From Candidatus Bipolaricaulota bacterium (GTDB lineage: Bacteria; Bipolaricaulota; Bipolaricaulia; Bipolaricaulales; Bipolaricaulaceae): 29,631 bases of DNA. A program made the position numbers and the translations under genes. Under the pieces are notes generated by a model that was not told the origin of the DNA, made no database searches, and saw only the letters and a list, made by a program, of their open reading frames with translations. This document shows, piece by piece, positions 6,389-19,207 of this stretch (position 1 is its first letter; every line of letters begins with the position of its first letter). The DNA lies in the NCBI GenBank assembly GCA_015661965.1, contig DQVA01000215.1, positions 1 through 29,631 on the forward strand, in the 5' to 3' direction.

Positions 6389-9300
6389 GTGGTAATTTCC
6401 GGTGACGATATCAAAAAGGTGCGTCTGAGCCTAGCATCTCCCGAGGAGATGCTGTCTTGGTCGCGGGGGGAGGTCACCAACTCCGAGACCATCAACTACC
6501 GGACCCATAAGCCGGAGCGGGGGGGCCTGTACGCGGAGGAGATCTTCGGCCCAGAGAACGATTACGAGTGCGGCTGCGGCAAATACAGGGGGAAGAAATT
6601 CGAGGGCATCACCTGTGAGAAATGCGGCGTCTTGGTGACCGACTCCTCAGTACGCCGGGTCAACATGGGCCACATCAAACTGGCCAGCCCCGTGGTGCAC
6701 TTCTGGTACCTGAAAGGGGTAGCTAGTCCCCTTTCCCGCTTGCTTGGGATTAAGCGCCGGGACCTGCGCCGGATCGCATACTATGAAACGGAAACCTCTC
6801 GGGAGGAACTGTACGTGGTCACCTCTTCCTCCTCCCCCAAGGTAAAGGTCGGGGAAACCCTGTATGCCACCGAGGTGCGCATCCTGTCCGGGGCCTATAC
6901 CTTCCAAGTGGAGCGGGCGTTCCTGGTGGAGAAGGCCCCCCGGGTGGTGGCAGAGGAGGCTGGCACCGCCTTGATCGAGGAGCGCAAGCTCCAGACCGGG
7001 GAGCCGTTCCGGGTGGTGGTGATCGGCAAGCACGAATACCCGGTGACCAGGGAGGCGGAGCTCTATGTGGAGGACGGCGAACAGGTGGAACAGGGACAGC
7101 TTCTCTGCGAGCGACCGGCCGGGGAGGTCTGTTCCCAGACCATGTTCGAAATGCTGGCGGCCCGCTATGAGGGGGTGGAGGGGGGGGGCATCACCGAGAC
7201 CGTGGACAACCTCACCTTCCTGGTGACCCGGGTGAAAGGGGATGTGCCCCTGCGGGTGGGACAACAGATCTCCACCCTGGAAAAACGGGCCTACGAGCGG
7301 GCCTTCCCCGGCACCTTCGAGGCCGCGACCGGCGCCCACGGCATCAAAGGCCTGCTCGCCAACCTGGATTTGGAGGCCCTGTCCGAGGAACTGTGGGACC
7401 AGCTCGATCACACCGCCAATCAAGGCGAGCGGAGGCGGCTTCTCCATCGCCTGGAGGTGGTGGAACAGCTGAAGAAGTCCGGCAACCGTCCAGAGAACAT
7501 GGTGCTTGAGGTGGTGCCGGTGCTACCGCCCGCCCTGCGGCCCATGATCCAGCTAGAGGGCGGCAAGTTCGCCACCACCGACCTCAACGACCTGTACCGG
7601 CGGATCATCAACCGCAATAACCGGCTCAAGAAGCTGATCGAGATGGGGGCCCCGGAGATCATCCTCCGGAACGAACGGCGCATGCTCCAGGAAGCTGTGG
7701 ATGCCCTGATCCACAACGAGAAGAAGGACAACCCCATCCGGGGCCGGGATGGCCGTCCACTCAAGTCCCTGTCGGAGCGGATCCAGGGAAAGCAGGGGCG
7801 CCTGAGGCGACATCTGCTCGGACGCCGGGTGGACTACTCCGCCCGGGCCGTGATCGTGGTGAACCCAAAGCTCAAGCTCTACCAGTGTGGCATCCCCCGC
7901 AAGATGGCCCTGGAATTGTTCAAACCCTTCGTGCTGGCCCGGTTGGAGGACGTGTCCTTCTCCGACTATGACGAGGTAAAGAATCGCGCCCTGGCCGGGG
8001 AACTCCCGGAGGTGTGGGACATCTTGGACGTGCTGATCAAGGAATACCCAGTGCTCCTGAACCGGGCCCCCACCTTGCATCGCCTGTCCATCCAGGCCTT
8101 CGAGCCGGTGTTGGTGGACGGGGATGCAATCCAGATCCACCCCCATGTCTGCCCCCCCTACAACGCCGACTTCGATGGGGATCAGATGGCGGTGCATCTG
8201 CCCTTGTCCAAGGAGGCGGTGCGGGAGGCCAAGGAGCTGATGCTTTCGGCCAAGAACATCCTGTCCCCGGCCCATGGCGGCCCCCTGGCCGTGCCCACCC
8301 AGGACCAGGTGTATGGGTTCTTCTACCTCACCATGCTCAACCCCCAGGGGAAGGGGGCGGGCAAGGCGTTCCGGTCAGTGGAGGAGGCCCTGAAGGCCTA
8401 CGAACACGGGGTGATCGAGCTCCACTCACCGGTGAAGATCCGCATCGAGGGGGAACTCATCGAAACCTCACTGGGACGTGCCCTCCTCAACCAGGCCTTC
8501 CCCCCGGACCTCCGGGACTACACCCTCACCTTCGACTCCCGCATCACCCGCCGTAAGGTGCTGGAGTGCTTCCTGCGGTACGGCTGGGAGCGAACCGCGG
8601 AGCTGTTGGACCGGGTCAAGGAACTGGGGTTCAAATACGCTACTCTTTCCGGCCTCACCATCTCCATCCGGGATTGCGAGATCCCGCCGGAGAAATGGAA
8701 GCTGATCCGGGAAGCCCAGGAGAAGGTGGAACGGATTAACCGCATGTACGAGCGGGGCCTGGCCACCGAAACCCAGCGCTTCCAGGCGGTGGTGCGGGTG
8801 TGGCGGGACACGGTGGACAAGGTGGAGAAAGCCACCATGGACAACCTGGCCAAGAACCCGTTCAACCCGGTGTGGGGCATCGTGGCCTCGGGGGCGCGGG
8901 GCTCCTCCAGCCAGGTGAAGCAGCTTTCCGGGATGCGGGGCCCCATGGCCGACCCCCAGGGCCGGGTGATCGAATGGCCGGTGATCTCCAACTTCCGGGA
9001 GGGCCTGTCCATCATCGAGTACTTCATCTCCACCCACGGGGGGAGAAAGGGCACCGCGGACACCGCCCTGAGGACCGCCGACGCCGGCTACCTCACCCGC
9101 CGGCTGGTGGATGCCTGTGTGGACGTGATCGTGAAGGAACACGATTGCGGCACCCGCCAGGGGGTGGAGATCGACCCGTTGTACTTCGTGGGTGGGGGGA
9201 TCATGGAGTTCATCCCCGAGCGCATCTACGGGCGGGTCACCGCCGAGCCCATCTTCCACCCGGTCACCGGGGAGATCCTGGTGGAACGAAACGTGATGAT

Positions 9301-11338
9301 CGACCGGGAGACCGCCGAACGGGTGGGGAACTTGGAGGTGGAGTTGGACCTCACCGCCGAAGGGGCCCCCGACCGGGCCGTGCACGCCAAGGCGGTGGAT
9401 GATGTCCGGCACCCGGAAACCGGGGCGGTGCTGGTGCGCCGGGACGAGACCCTGACCCCGGAACTGGTGGAGGAGCTGGTGGCCGCTGGAGTGACCTCCA
9501 TCCTGGTGCGGCCCCGCATCGTTATCCGATCCCCCACCACCTGCCAGACCCCGGAGGGCATGTGCCAACTGTGTTACGGGATGGACCTAGCCTTCCACCG
9601 GCTGGTGGATTTGGGCACGGCGGTGGGGGTGATCGCCGCTCAATCCATCGGTGAGCCGGGCACCCAGCTCACCATGCGGACCTTCCACACGGGGGGCGTG
9701 GCCGGGGTGGACATCACCCAGGGCCTGCCCCGGGCCGAGGAGCTGTTCGAAGCCCGCAAGACCACCCGTTCCGCCCACGCCACCGTCGCCCCCCTCGCCG
9801 GCCATATCACCAAGGTGGAGACCACCCGGACCGGCAAAGAGCTGGTGGAGATCACCTCCACCCCCCGCACCGTGCGGCTGCCCGCCGCCCTCCTGCAGGT
9901 GGGGGAAGGGGAGGAAGTGGACGCCGCCTCCTTCCTCTCCCTCCGCTCCCCGTTGGACGGAGTGGCCTTCTACTTCCAAGAGGACGGCCGCCGGTTCCTG
10001 GCCATCCTGGACACCACCGGACTGGACCGGGTGTACACCCTGCCCGAAGGGGTGGCCCCCGCGGTAGGGCATCGGGCCCAAGTGGCCGAGGGGGACGCCT
10101 TAAGCGAGGAGTACCACATCGAGGCCCCGCTGGCAGACCTCCCCGGCCGGGTGGAACTGCGCCAGCAAGGCAAAAAGCGATTCGTGGTGATCCACGGGGA
10201 GGGCGGGGAAACCAGGGAATATGAGGTCCCCTACGGGGCCCAGATCCTGGTCCAAGACGGGGAGGAGGTGGAGAAAGGGCGGAAGCTGACCACCCGGTCC
10301 CGGCCCCTGACCGTAACCGCCGAGACCGAGGGCATAGTCCTCCGCTCAACCGGCAGCCTGGCGATCCTGTCCCCCTCCAGCCGGGGGGTGGTGCTCCCGC
10401 TGACCCCGGATCTGATGACCATGGTGGAGCATGGGGCCCCGGTGCGGGCAGGACAGGAGATCCTGCGGCTCAACCTGCCCCAAGGCGAGACCATTCTCAT
10501 CGATCAGGTCACCGTGACGGGCGAAGTGGCCACTGTCCGGTTGCGCTACCGGGCGCGGGTGGAGTGCTCGGAGATGGCGGTGGTGCGGGAAGGGGACAAG
10601 GTGGAGCGGGGCGAACCCCTCTCCAAGGGCGTCATCCCCCCCCACAGCCTGATGGAGGTGGCCGGGGTGTTGAAGACCCGGGAGTACCTGCTCACCGAGC
10701 TTCAGCGGGTCTACAAGTCCCAGGGCGTGGACATCAACGACAAGCACTTCGAGGTGGTCATCCGCCAGATCCTCAACAACGTGAGGATAGAGGACCCTGG
10801 GGAATCGGAATTCATGCTGAACGACATCGTGCCCTTGGAGGTGTTCCAGCAGGAGGTGCGTCGTCTCTCCGAGGAGAACGACCGTATCCGCCGGCAGCGG
10901 GAGGAGCTGGTGGGGGCGGTGCTCCTGGCCCCGGTGAGCAAGGGCGGGGTGACGCTGGCCGAGGCCGGGGAGGAGATCACCGAACGTCTCCTGGAGCGGA
11001 TGGTGGCCCATGGGGTGAGGCAGGTGCGGGTGGAGTTGCACGGGGAGCCCCGCACGGTGCGGATCCTGGAGTACCGGCTGCCCCAGGGGGAACGGGAGCT
11101 GCTCAGGATCTCCCGGGCGGCCCTGCTCAGAAAATCCTGGCTGGCGGCCGCATCGTTCGAGCGCACCACCAAGGTGCTGGCGGACGCCGCCCTGCGGGGG
11201 GAGGAAGACCCCCTCCTGGGCCTGAAGCCGTGCCTGATGGTGGGGAAGAAGATCCCGGTGGGGACCGGTTTCCCCCGCCAGAAGCCGCAGGAGGGCTCCC
11301 CAGAGGAAGAGCCCGCCGCGCAGGTGGAGGAACGTTGA
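6389..11338 (+). CDS. rpoC: DNA-directed RNA polymerase beta' subunit, 1649 aa with lineage-specific insertions
   Basis: Zn site C-C...C..C, NADFDGD at 8162-8182, [34 protein letters not shown] start with SD GAGGTG. Confidence 0.99.
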   Translation: MVISGDDIKKVRLSLASPEEMLSWSRGEVTNSETINYRTHKPERGGLYAEEIFGPENDYECGCGKYRGKKFEGITCEKCGVLVTDSSVRRVNMGHIKLASPVVHFWYLKGVASPLSRLLGIKRRDLRRIAYYETETSREELYVVTSSSSPKVKVGETLYATEVRILSGAYTFQVERAFLVEKAPRVVAEEAGTALIEERKLQTGEPFRVVVIGKHEYPVTREAELYVEDGEQVEQGQLLCERPAGEVCSQTMFEMLAARYEGVEGGGITETVDNLTFLVTRVKGDVPLRVGQQISTLEKRAYERAFPGTFEAATGAHGIKGLLANLDLEALSEELWDQLDHTANQGERRRLLHRLEVVEQLKKSGNRPENMVLEVVPVLPPALRPMIQLEGGKFATTDLNDLYRRIINRNNRLKKLIEMGAPEIILRNERRMLQEAVDALIHNEKKDNPIRGRDGRPLKSLSERIQGKQGRLRRHLLGRRVDYSARAVIVVNPKLKLYQCGIPRKMALELFKPFVLARLEDVSFSDYDEVKNRALAGELPEVWDILDVLIKEYPVLLNRAPTLHRLSIQAFEPVLVDGDAIQIHPHVCPPYNADFDGDQMAVHLPLSKEAVREAKELMLSAKNILSPAHGGPLAVPTQDQVYGFFYLTMLNPQGKGAGKAFRSVEEALKAYEHGVIELHSPVKIRIEGELIETSLGRALLNQAFPPDLRDYTLTFDSRITRRKVLECFLRYGWERTAELLDRVKELGFKYATLSGLTISIRDCEIPPEKWKLIREAQEKVERINRMYERGLATETQRFQAVVRVWRDTVDKVEKATMDNLAKNPFNPVWGIVASGARGSSSQVKQLSGMRGPMADPQGRVIEWPVISNFREGLSIIEYFISTHGGRKGTADTALRTADAGYLTRRLVDACVDVIVKEHDCGTRQGVEIDPLYFVGGGIMEFIPERIYGRVTAEPIFHPVTGEILVERNVMIDRETAERVGNLEVELDLTAEGAPDRAVHAKAVDDVRHPETGAVLVRRDETLTPELVEELVAAGVTSILVRPRIVIRSPTTCQTPEGMCQLCYGMDLAFHRLVDLGTAVGVIAAQSIGEPGTQLTMRTFHTGGVAGVDITQGLPRAEELFEARKTTRSAHATVAPLAGHITKVETTRTGKELVEITSTPRTVRLPAALLQVGEGEEVDAASFLSLRSPLDGVAFYFQEDGRRFLAILDTTGLDRVYTLPEGVAPAVGHRAQVAEGDALSEEYHIEAPLADLPGRVELRQQGKKRFVVIHGEGGETREYEVPYGAQILVQDGEEVEKGRKLTTRSRPLTVTAETEGIVLRSTGSLAILSPSSRGVVLPLTPDLMTMVEHGAPVRAGQEILRLNLPQGETILIDQVTVTGEVATVRLRYRARVECSEMAVVREGDKVERGEPLSKGVIPPHSLMEVAGVLKTREYLLTELQRVYKSQGVDINDKHFEVVIRQILNNVRIEDPGESEFMLNDIVPLEVFQQEVRRLSEENDRIRRQREELVGAVLLAPVSKGGVTLAEAGEEITERLLERMVAHGVRQVRVELHGEPRTVRILEYRLPQGERELLRISRAALLRKSWLAAASFERTTKVLADAALRGEEDPLLGLKPCLMVGKKIPVGTGFPRQKPQEGSPEEEPAAQVEER

Positions 11339-11364
11339 ATTCGCCCCCAAAAGTCGTCTAAAAT
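11335..11364 (+). promoter_or_regulatory. Sigma70-type promoter for rpsL and the downstream operon
   Basis: TTGAAT (11335-11340, overlapping the rpoC stop), 18 nt, TAAAAT (11359-11364), then SD AGGAGG. Confidence 0.75.
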
Positions 11365-11386
11365 GCGCGCCTAGGAGGTAGCGAGT

Positions 11387-11764
11387 ATGCCGACGTTCAA
11401 CCAACTGGTCCGTTACGGCCGCAAGCCGAAGCGCTCGAAGAGCAAGTCGGTGGCCCTGGAGGAGTGCCCCCAGCGACGGGGTGTGTGTGTGCGGGTGTTC
11501 ACCCGCACCCCCAAGAAGCCCAACTCCGCCCTGCGGAAGGTGGCCCGGGTGCGGCTCTCCAACGGGCGGGAAGTCACCGCCTACATCCCGGGGGAAGGGC
11601 ACAACCTCCAGGAGCACTCCATCGTGCTTGTGCGGGGTGGGCGGGTTAAGGACTTGCCTGGGGTGAAGTACCACATCATCCGGGGGGCGCTGGACGCCGC
11701 CGGGGTGGAGGGACGCCGCCAGGCCCGCTCCCGCTACGGGGTACGCCGCCCCAAGGAGGACTGA
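11387..11764 (+). CDS. rpsL: 30S ribosomal protein uS12
   Basis: [30 protein letters not shown]. Confidence 0.99.
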   Translation: MPTFNQLVRYGRKPKRSKSKSVALEECPQRRGVCVRVFTRTPKKPNSALRKVARVRLSNGREVTAYIPGEGHNLQEHSIVLVRGGRVKDLPGVKYHIIRGALDAAGVEGRRQARSRYGVRRPKED

Positions 11765-11765
11765 C

Positions 11766-12239
11766 ATGCCCACGTTCGACATCGTCATCCCGGGCCGGGA
11801 CGTGCCCCAAGACATCCGCTACGGCTCCAAGCTGGTGGAAAAGTTCATCAACTACGTGATGTGGGACGGCAAGAAATCCCTGGCCCGGCGCATTGTGTAC
11901 CAAGCGTTCGACATCCTGGAGCGGCGGGGGGAGGGGCCAGCCCTGGAGACGTTCATCAAGGCGGTCCAGAACTGCATGCCCAAGCTGGAGGTCAGGTCCC
12001 GGCGGGTGGGGGGTGCCACCTACCAGGTGCCCTTCGAGGTGCCACCCCATCGGCAGACCATGCTTGCCCTGCGGTGGATCGTGCAGGCGGCCCGCAACCG
12101 CTCGGAGCGCACCATGCCCGAACGCCTGGCCGCGGAGATCGCCGACGCCGCCCGGGGTGAAGGGGCTGCTGTCCAGAAGAAGCTCGAGTCCCACCGCATG
12201 GCCGAGGCCAACCGCGCCTTCGCCCACTACCGCTGGTAG
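11766..12239 (+). CDS. rpsG: 30S ribosomal protein uS7
   Basis: [37 protein letters not shown]. Confidence 0.98.
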   Translation: MPTFDIVIPGRDVPQDIRYGSKLVEKFINYVMWDGKKSLARRIVYQAFDILERRGEGPALETFIKAVQNCMPKLEVRSRRVGGATYQVPFEVPPHRQTMLALRWIVQAARNRSERTMPERLAAEIADAARGEGAAVQKKLESHRMAEANRAFAHYRW

Positions 12240-12255
12240 AGAGGCGAGCCGGCCG

Positions 12256-14341
<2,086 letters not shown>

Positions 14342-14349
<8 letters not shown>

Positions 14350-14650
14350 GGAAAAGATAAGGATCAGGATCCAAGGCTACGACCACCAGATCGTGGACCA
14401 GGCCGTGCGGAAGATCGTGGAGACGGCCAAGGCCACCCGCGCCAAGGTGGCCGGGCCCATCCCGCTTCCCACGGAGCGCCGTCTGTACACGGTGCTGCGG
14501 TCGCCCCACGTCGACAAGCGCTCCATGGAACACTTCGAGCGCAAAGTCCACCGCCGGTTGATCGACATCCGGGAGCCCACCTCCGAGACCATCAATGCCC
14601 TCATGGAGGTGGAGCTCCCCACCGGCATCGACATCGAGATCAAGCTCTAG
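14342..14650 (+). CDS. rpsJ: 30S ribosomal protein uS10
   Basis: KIRIRI..YDH, GPIPLPT, RSPHVDK..HRRLIDI. Confidence 0.99.
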
Positions 14651-14660
14651 GGAGGACGAG

Positions 14661-15284
14661 ATGGCGCTCACGCTCATGGGACGCAAGGTGGGGATGACTC
14701 AATGGTTCAACGGGGACGGGCGGGCTGTGGCCGCCACCGTGGTCCAGATCGAGCCCTCGGTGGTGGTACAGGTGAAAAAGCCCGATACCGACGGCTATGC
14801 CGCCATCCAGCTCGGCTGGGGGACGGTGAAGGAAAGACGGCTTCCCAAGCCGGTGCTGGGCCACTTCCGCAGGGCGGGGGTGGAACCCCGACGGGTGCTC
14901 TACGAGGCTCGGGTGGAAGACCCCACCGCCTTCGAGGTGGGCCAGGAGCTCGGGGTGGATGCCTTCTCCGAGGGGGAGAAGGTGGATGTGACCGGCACCT
15001 CCAAAGGGCGGGGCTTCACCGGCACCATCAAGCGGTGGGGGTTCAGCTACCGGCCGAAGTCGCACGGCCACAAGCTGATCCGCCGCCCGGGCACGGCTGG
15101 CCCCATGGGGCTGCGGAAGGTGATGAAGGGCAAGAAGATGCCGGGCCACTCCGGGGCGGAGACGGTTACCGTGCGTAACCTGGAGATATTGAAGGTGGAC
15201 GCGGAGCGGGGTCTCCTGGTGCTGCGGGGATCGGTCCCCGGCCCGCGGAAAGGGATCCTGAAGATAAGGAAGCACGATGCCTAA
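14661..15284 (+). CDS. rplC: 50S ribosomal protein uL3
   Basis: GRKVGMTQ, VDVTGTSKGRGF.G.IKRW, KGKKMPG; ATG 14661 after GGAGG. Confidence 0.98.
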   Translation: MALTLMGRKVGMTQWFNGDGRAVAATVVQIEPSVVVQVKKPDTDGYAAIQLGWGTVKERRLPKPVLGHFRRAGVEPRRVLYEARVEDPTAFEVGQELGVDAFSEGEKVDVTGTSKGRGFTGTIKRWGFSYRPKSHGHKLIRRPGTAGPMGLRKVMKGKKMPGHSGAETVTVRNLEILKVDAERGLLVLRGSVPGPRKGILKIRKHDA

Positions 15285-15918
15285 AGCGAAGCTATATCGA
15301 TTCAACGCATTGGACGCAGGCCCGGAGGAGGTAGAGGTCCCGGAGGCCCTGTTCGGGGGCCCCATCCATCAGGACCTCCTGTACCGGGCGGTACGGGTGT
15401 TCCTCACCAACCAGCGACAGGGCACCGCCAAGGCCAAGACCCGGGGGGAAGTGGCCGGGGGCGGACGTAAGCCCTGGCGGCAGAAGGGGACCGGCCGGGC
15501 CCGGCACGGGTCCATCCGCTCCCCCATCTGGCGCCACGGCGGGGTCACCTTCGGACCGGTGCCCCATAAGGTGCGCCTCGCCCTCCCCAAGAAGATGCGG
15601 CGCAAGGCGCTCATCTCCGCCCTGTCCGCCCGCTGTCAGGCAGGGCGGCTTCTTTTGATAGACAAACTCGGGTTCGAGCGCCCCCGCACTAAAGAGGGGT
15701 TGGCCCTGCTGGAGAAGTTGGAGTGCCCGCCGAAGACGTTGGTGGTGGTGGCCCCGGAGGAGTGGCAGGTAGAGGTCACCAAGACCTTCTCCAACATCCC
15801 CGGGGTGGAATGCGCAAGGAGCGATTTCCTGTCCGCCTACCACGTACTGGCCTACGAAGGCCTGCTCATGACGGAGCGGGCGGTGCAGACCCTGGCCGGG
15901 AGGTTGAGCCATGGCTGA
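15277..15918 (+). CDS. rplD: 50S ribosomal protein uL4
   Basis: KTRGEVAGGGRKPWRQKGTGRARHGSIRSP. Confidence 0.98.
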   Translation: MPKAKLYRFNALDAGPEEVEVPEALFGGPIHQDLLYRAVRVFLTNQRQGTAKAKTRGEVAGGGRKPWRQKGTGRARHGSIRSPIWRHGGVTFGPVPHKVRLALPKKMRRKALISALSARCQAGRLLLIDKLGFERPRTKEGLALLEKLECPPKTLVVVAPEEWQVEVTKTFSNIPGVECARSDFLSAYHVLAYEGLLMTERAVQTLAGRLSHG

Positions 15919-16210
15919 GGTCAGGTTGCATCCAGAGGACATCTTGATTCGCCCCATCCTCACGGAGAAGTCCTGGCGGGACATGGAGGAGGGGAAGTAC
16001 ACGTTCGAGGTCCATCCCCGGGCCACCAAGGTGGACATCCGCCACGCGGTGGAGGAGCTGTTCGGGGTGAAGGTGGTTGAGGTGCGGACGCTGCGACGGC
16101 CGGGCAAGCCCCGCCGGACCAGGATGGATCGAGGGTTTGGCCGTACCAAACAGGAGAAGCGGGCCATCGTCAAGCTCGCTCCCGGCCACAAGATCGACAT
16201 CGTGGGGTGA
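15911..16210 (+). CDS. rplW: 50S ribosomal protein uL23
   Basis: [14 protein letters not shown]...ATK.DI..AVE.LFGVKV. Confidence 0.97.
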   Translation: MAEVRLHPEDILIRPILTEKSWRDMEEGKYTFEVHPRATKVDIRHAVEELFGVKVVEVRTLRRPGKPRRTRMDRGFGRTKQEKRAIVKLAPGHKIDIVG

Positions 16211-16217
16211 GGACGAC

Positions 16218-17045
16218 ATGGGGCTGAAGAAGAGGAATCCAGTAACGCCGGGGCAGCGGCACGCAGTGCTCCCCGACTACTCCGAGCTCACGAAGAAGCC
16301 CCCGGAGAAGTCGCTTTTGGTCCCGCTCAAGAAACACGCGGGGCGCAATTCCCAGGGGCGAGTTACCATCCGCCATCGGGGGGGAGGCCACAAGCGCCGC
16401 TATCGGCTCATCGACTTCGCCCGGGAAAAACACGGGGTTCCGGCCAAGGTGGTGTCGGTGGAGTACGATCCCAACAGGTCGGCTTGGATCACCTTGCTAC
16501 ACTATGCGGACGGGGAGAAGCGGTACATCCTGGCCCCGGTGGAGCTCAAGGTGGGGGACGTGGTGGAGGCGGGGGAGAACGCCGAGCCCCGCCCGGGCAA
16601 CGCCCTACCGCTCCGCAAGATCCCGGTGGGAAGCTTCATCCACAACCTGGAGCTGACCCCGGGGTCCGGAGGCAAGATCGCTCGGGCGGCGGGCACCGCC
16701 GCCCAGCTTCTGGGACGGGAGGAGGACCGGGCCGTCGTCCGGCTCCCCTCCGGGGAGGTGCGCCTGTTCAGGGTGGAGTGTATGGCCACCATCGGCCGGG
16801 TGTCCAACCCCGACCACAAGAACATCCGCCATGGCAAGGCGGGCCGGAGCCGGCATCTGGGGCGCAGGCCCCGGGTGCGGGGGGTGGCCATGAACGCGGT
16901 GGACCATCCCCATGGCGGGGGTGAGGGGCGCACCGGCGAGGGGGGGCCGCCCAAGTCCATCTGGGGCTGGCATACCAAGGGTGGGCGCAAGACCCGCAAG
17001 AAGCGGAAGCCCAGCGACTCTCTGATCCTGAAGAGGAGGAAGTGA
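16218..17045 (+). CDS. rplB: 50S ribosomal protein uL2
   Basis: [43 protein letters not shown]. Confidence 0.99.
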   Translation: MGLKKRNPVTPGQRHAVLPDYSELTKKPPEKSLLVPLKKHAGRNSQGRVTIRHRGGGHKRRYRLIDFAREKHGVPAKVVSVEYDPNRSAWITLLHYADGEKRYILAPVELKVGDVVEAGENAEPRPGNALPLRKIPVGSFIHNLELTPGSGGKIARAAGTAAQLLGREEDRAVVRLPSGEVRLFRVECMATIGRVSNPDHKNIRHGKAGRSRHLGRRPRVRGVAMNAVDHPHGGGEGRTGEGGPPKSIWGWHTKGGRKTRKKRKPSDSLILKRRK

Positions 17046-17329
17046 TGGGGCGCTCCAAGAAGAAGGGGCCCTATGTCCACCCCAAGCTCCTGAAGAAGGT
17101 GGAGAAGGCAAAACGGGGGGAGATCTCCGAGATCCGCACCTGGTCTCGGGCCTCCATGATCGTGCCCGACATGGTGGGGCTGACCATCCGGGTGCACAAC
17201 GGCCGGAGCTTCGTGCCCGTGCGCATTACCGAGGCCATGATTGGGCACCGGTTGGGGGAGTTTGCCCCCACCCGCACCTTCCGGGGCCATGGCGGCACTA
17301 AGAAGAAGGGGCCGCCGCCTTTGAAGTGA
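17045..17329 (+). CDS. rpsS: 30S ribosomal protein uS19
   Basis: [25 protein letters not shown]. Confidence 0.99.
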   Translation: MGRSKKKGPYVHPKLLKKVEKAKRGEISEIRTWSRASMIVPDMVGLTIRVHNGRSFVPVRITEAMIGHRLGEFAPTRTFRGHGGTKKKGPPPLK

Positions 17330-17339
17330 GGTGACGGAA

Positions 17340-17678
17340 ATGGAAGCTATGGCTCGGGCACGGTTCGTCAGGGTCTCGCCCCTCAAGGCGCGGCTGGTGA
17401 TAGACGAGATCCGAGGGAAGCCGGTGGCGGAGGCCCAAAGGATCCTGGCCTTCTCCCCTAAAAAGGCGGCCCGGATCATCAAGAAGGTATTGGATTCGGC
17501 GGTGGCCAACGCCCAGCACAACTTCGAGCTGGATCCGGACCGGCTGTGGGTGGTGAAGGCGTTCGTGGATGAGGGGCCGCGCCTCAAGCGGCTCAAACCC
17601 CGGGCCTTCGGCCGGGCGGACATCATCCGTCGGCGCCTTGCACACATCACAGTGGTGGTGGCGGAAAAGGAGGAGTAG
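17340..17678 (+). CDS. rplV: 50S ribosomal protein uL22
   Basis: R.SP.KARLV.D.IRG, SAVANA..N, PRA.GRA. ATG 17340 chosen from SD spacing. Confidence 0.97.
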   Translation: MEAMARARFVRVSPLKARLVIDEIRGKPVAEAQRILAFSPKKAARIIKKVLDSAVANAQHNFELDPDRLWVVKAFVDEGPRLKRLKPRAFGRADIIRRRLAHITVVVAEKEE

Positions 17679-18334
17679 TGGGTCAGAAAACTCATCCGGT
17701 CGGGTTCCGGATCGGGGTGCTGCGCAAGTGGCGCTCCACCTGGTATGCGCCCGACAAGCTGGTCCCCCAGTATATCGCGGAGGACAAGAAGATCCGGGAC
17801 TACATCAAACGGAACTACCGGGGTGCCGGGATCGCGGAGGTGTTGATCGCGCGGGCCGTGCCGGAGCGGATCCGGGTGACCATCCGGGCCGCCCGGCCGG
17901 GGATCGTCATCGGCCGCGGGGGCGCCGAGATCGAGAAGCTCACCCAAGAGCTGGAGGAGCTCATCGGCCGCCAGGTGAAGATCGGGGTGATGGAGGTGGA
18001 GCGGCCGGAGCTGGAGGCCCCCTTGGTGGCCCAGGACGTGGCGTTCCAGATCGAAAACAGAATCAACCCCTATCGGGCCATGAAGGAGACCATTCGGCGG
18101 GTGATGTCCGCCGGGGCCCAAGGGGTTAAAATCCGGATCTCCGGGCGCCTGGGGGGGGCGGATATCGCCCGCTCGGTGGAGATGAAGCAGGGGCGGGTCC
18201 CCTTGCAAACCCTGCGTGCCGACGTGGACTATGGGCTGGCCGAGGCCATGACCAAATACGGGGTCATCGGGGTAAAGGCCTGGGTGTTCCGGGGTGAGGT
18301 GTGGTCCCCCAAGGAAACCCGTGAGGTGAGCTAG
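17678..18334 (+). CDS. rpsC: 30S ribosomal protein uS3
   Basis: [40 protein letters not shown]. Confidence 0.99.
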   Translation: MGQKTHPVGFRIGVLRKWRSTWYAPDKLVPQYIAEDKKIRDYIKRNYRGAGIAEVLIARAVPERIRVTIRAARPGIVIGRGGAEIEKLTQELEELIGRQVKIGVMEVERPELEAPLVAQDVAFQIENRINPYRAMKETIRRVMSAGAQGVKIRISGRLGGADIARSVEMKQGRVPLQTLRADVDYGLAEAMTKYGVIGVKAWVFRGEVWSPKETREVS

Positions 18335-18335
18335 C

Positions 18336-18764
18336 ATGTCTCTCCTTTTCCCGAAGCGGACCAAATACCGTAAACAGCAAAAAGGGCGGGTCAAAGGCAA
18401 GGCCACCCGCTGCAATGAGGTGGTGTTCGGGGACTGGGGGATCCAGGCCCTGGCCCCGGCTTGGATAACCCGGCAGCAGATCGAGGCTGCCCGGACCGCC
18501 CTGGCCCGGGCCACCCACCGGGGCAAGGTGTGGATCCGCATCTTCCCGGACAAGCCCATCACCAGAAAGCCGGCTGAGTCCCGGATGGGGAAAGGCAAGG
18601 GCAACGTGGAGAACTGGGTGGCGGTGGTGAAGCCGGGGACGGTGATGTTCGAGTTCGCCGGGGTGTCGGAGCGGGAGGCTAAACGGATCGCCAAGATCGT
18701 GGCCTACAAGTTCCCCATCCCCACCCGGCTGAAACGGCGGTTCCACCTGGGAGGTGAGCGATGA
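18336..18764 (+). CDS. rplP: 50S ribosomal protein uL16
   Basis: [29 protein letters not shown]. Confidence 0.99.
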   Translation: MSLLFPKRTKYRKQQKGRVKGKATRCNEVVFGDWGIQALAPAWITRQQIEAARTALARATHRGKVWIRIFPDKPITRKPAESRMGKGKGNVENWVAVVKPGTVMFEFAGVSEREAKRIAKIVAYKFPIPTRLKRRFHLGGER

Positions 18765-18967
18765 AGGCGCGGGAGCTGCGGGAGCTATCCACAGACGAGC
18801 TCCATCAGAGGCTGCGCGACCTCAAGCGCAAGCTCTTGAACTTGCGCTTTCAGCTCGCCTCCGGGCAACTCCAGAACACGGCGGAGATCGGGAAGACCAA
18901 GCGGGACATCGCCCGGACGCTGACCGTGCTCCGGGAACGGGAGCTGGCAAAGGATCGCAATGCGTAA
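18761..18967 (+). CDS. rpmC: 50S ribosomal protein uL29
   Basis: MKA.ELR.L, LRFQ...GQL, .RDIAR.LT. Confidence 0.97.
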   Translation: MKARELRELSTDELHQRLRDLKRKLLNLRFQLASGQLQNTAEIGKTKRDIARTLTVLRERELAKDRNA

Positions 18968-19205
18968 GCAAAGGATCGGCCGCGTGGTAAGCGACAGGAT
19001 GCAGAAGACCATCGTGGTGGTGGAAGAGCGATTGGCCATGCACCCCCGCTACCGCAAGTACGTACGCCGACGCACCAAATATTACGTGCACGACGAGCGG
19101 GAGCAGGCGCGGGTAGGGGACATCGTGCGCATCGAGGAGACCCGGCCCCTGTCCCGGCTCAAGCGGTGGCGGTTGGTGGAGATCGTACGCCGTTCGGAGG
19201 GCTAA
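18960..19205 (+). CDS. rpsQ: 30S ribosomal protein uS17
   Basis: G.VVSD.MQKTIVV, HP.Y.K, GD.V.I.ETRPLS..KRW. Confidence 0.98.
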   Translation: MRKQRIGRVVSDRMQKTIVVVEERLAMHPRYRKYVRRRTKYYVHDEREQARVGDIVRIEETRPLSRLKRWRLVEIVRRSEG

Positions 19206-19207
19206 CC

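Noticed and set aside
6720-6800. AT-rich rare-codon patch in rpoC with TACTAT
   Set aside because: No -35 or TG extension at proper spacing on either strand.
2768-10410. CTGACCCC copies (2772, about 9452, about 10400) as further RAYT end motifs
   Set aside because: Short partial matches, mostly in-frame CTG ACC CCG codons; expected by chance.
11893-12255. Apparent 121-aa N-terminal extension of EF-G in the ORF track
   Set aside because: It overlaps rpsG out of frame and is low complexity; ATG 12256 gives a normal-length EF-G.
15040-15150. uL3 loop near the peptidyl-transferase centre looked shortened
   Set aside because: It has the same length as the recalled Bacillus-type loop; only the E. 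coli comparison makes it look short.
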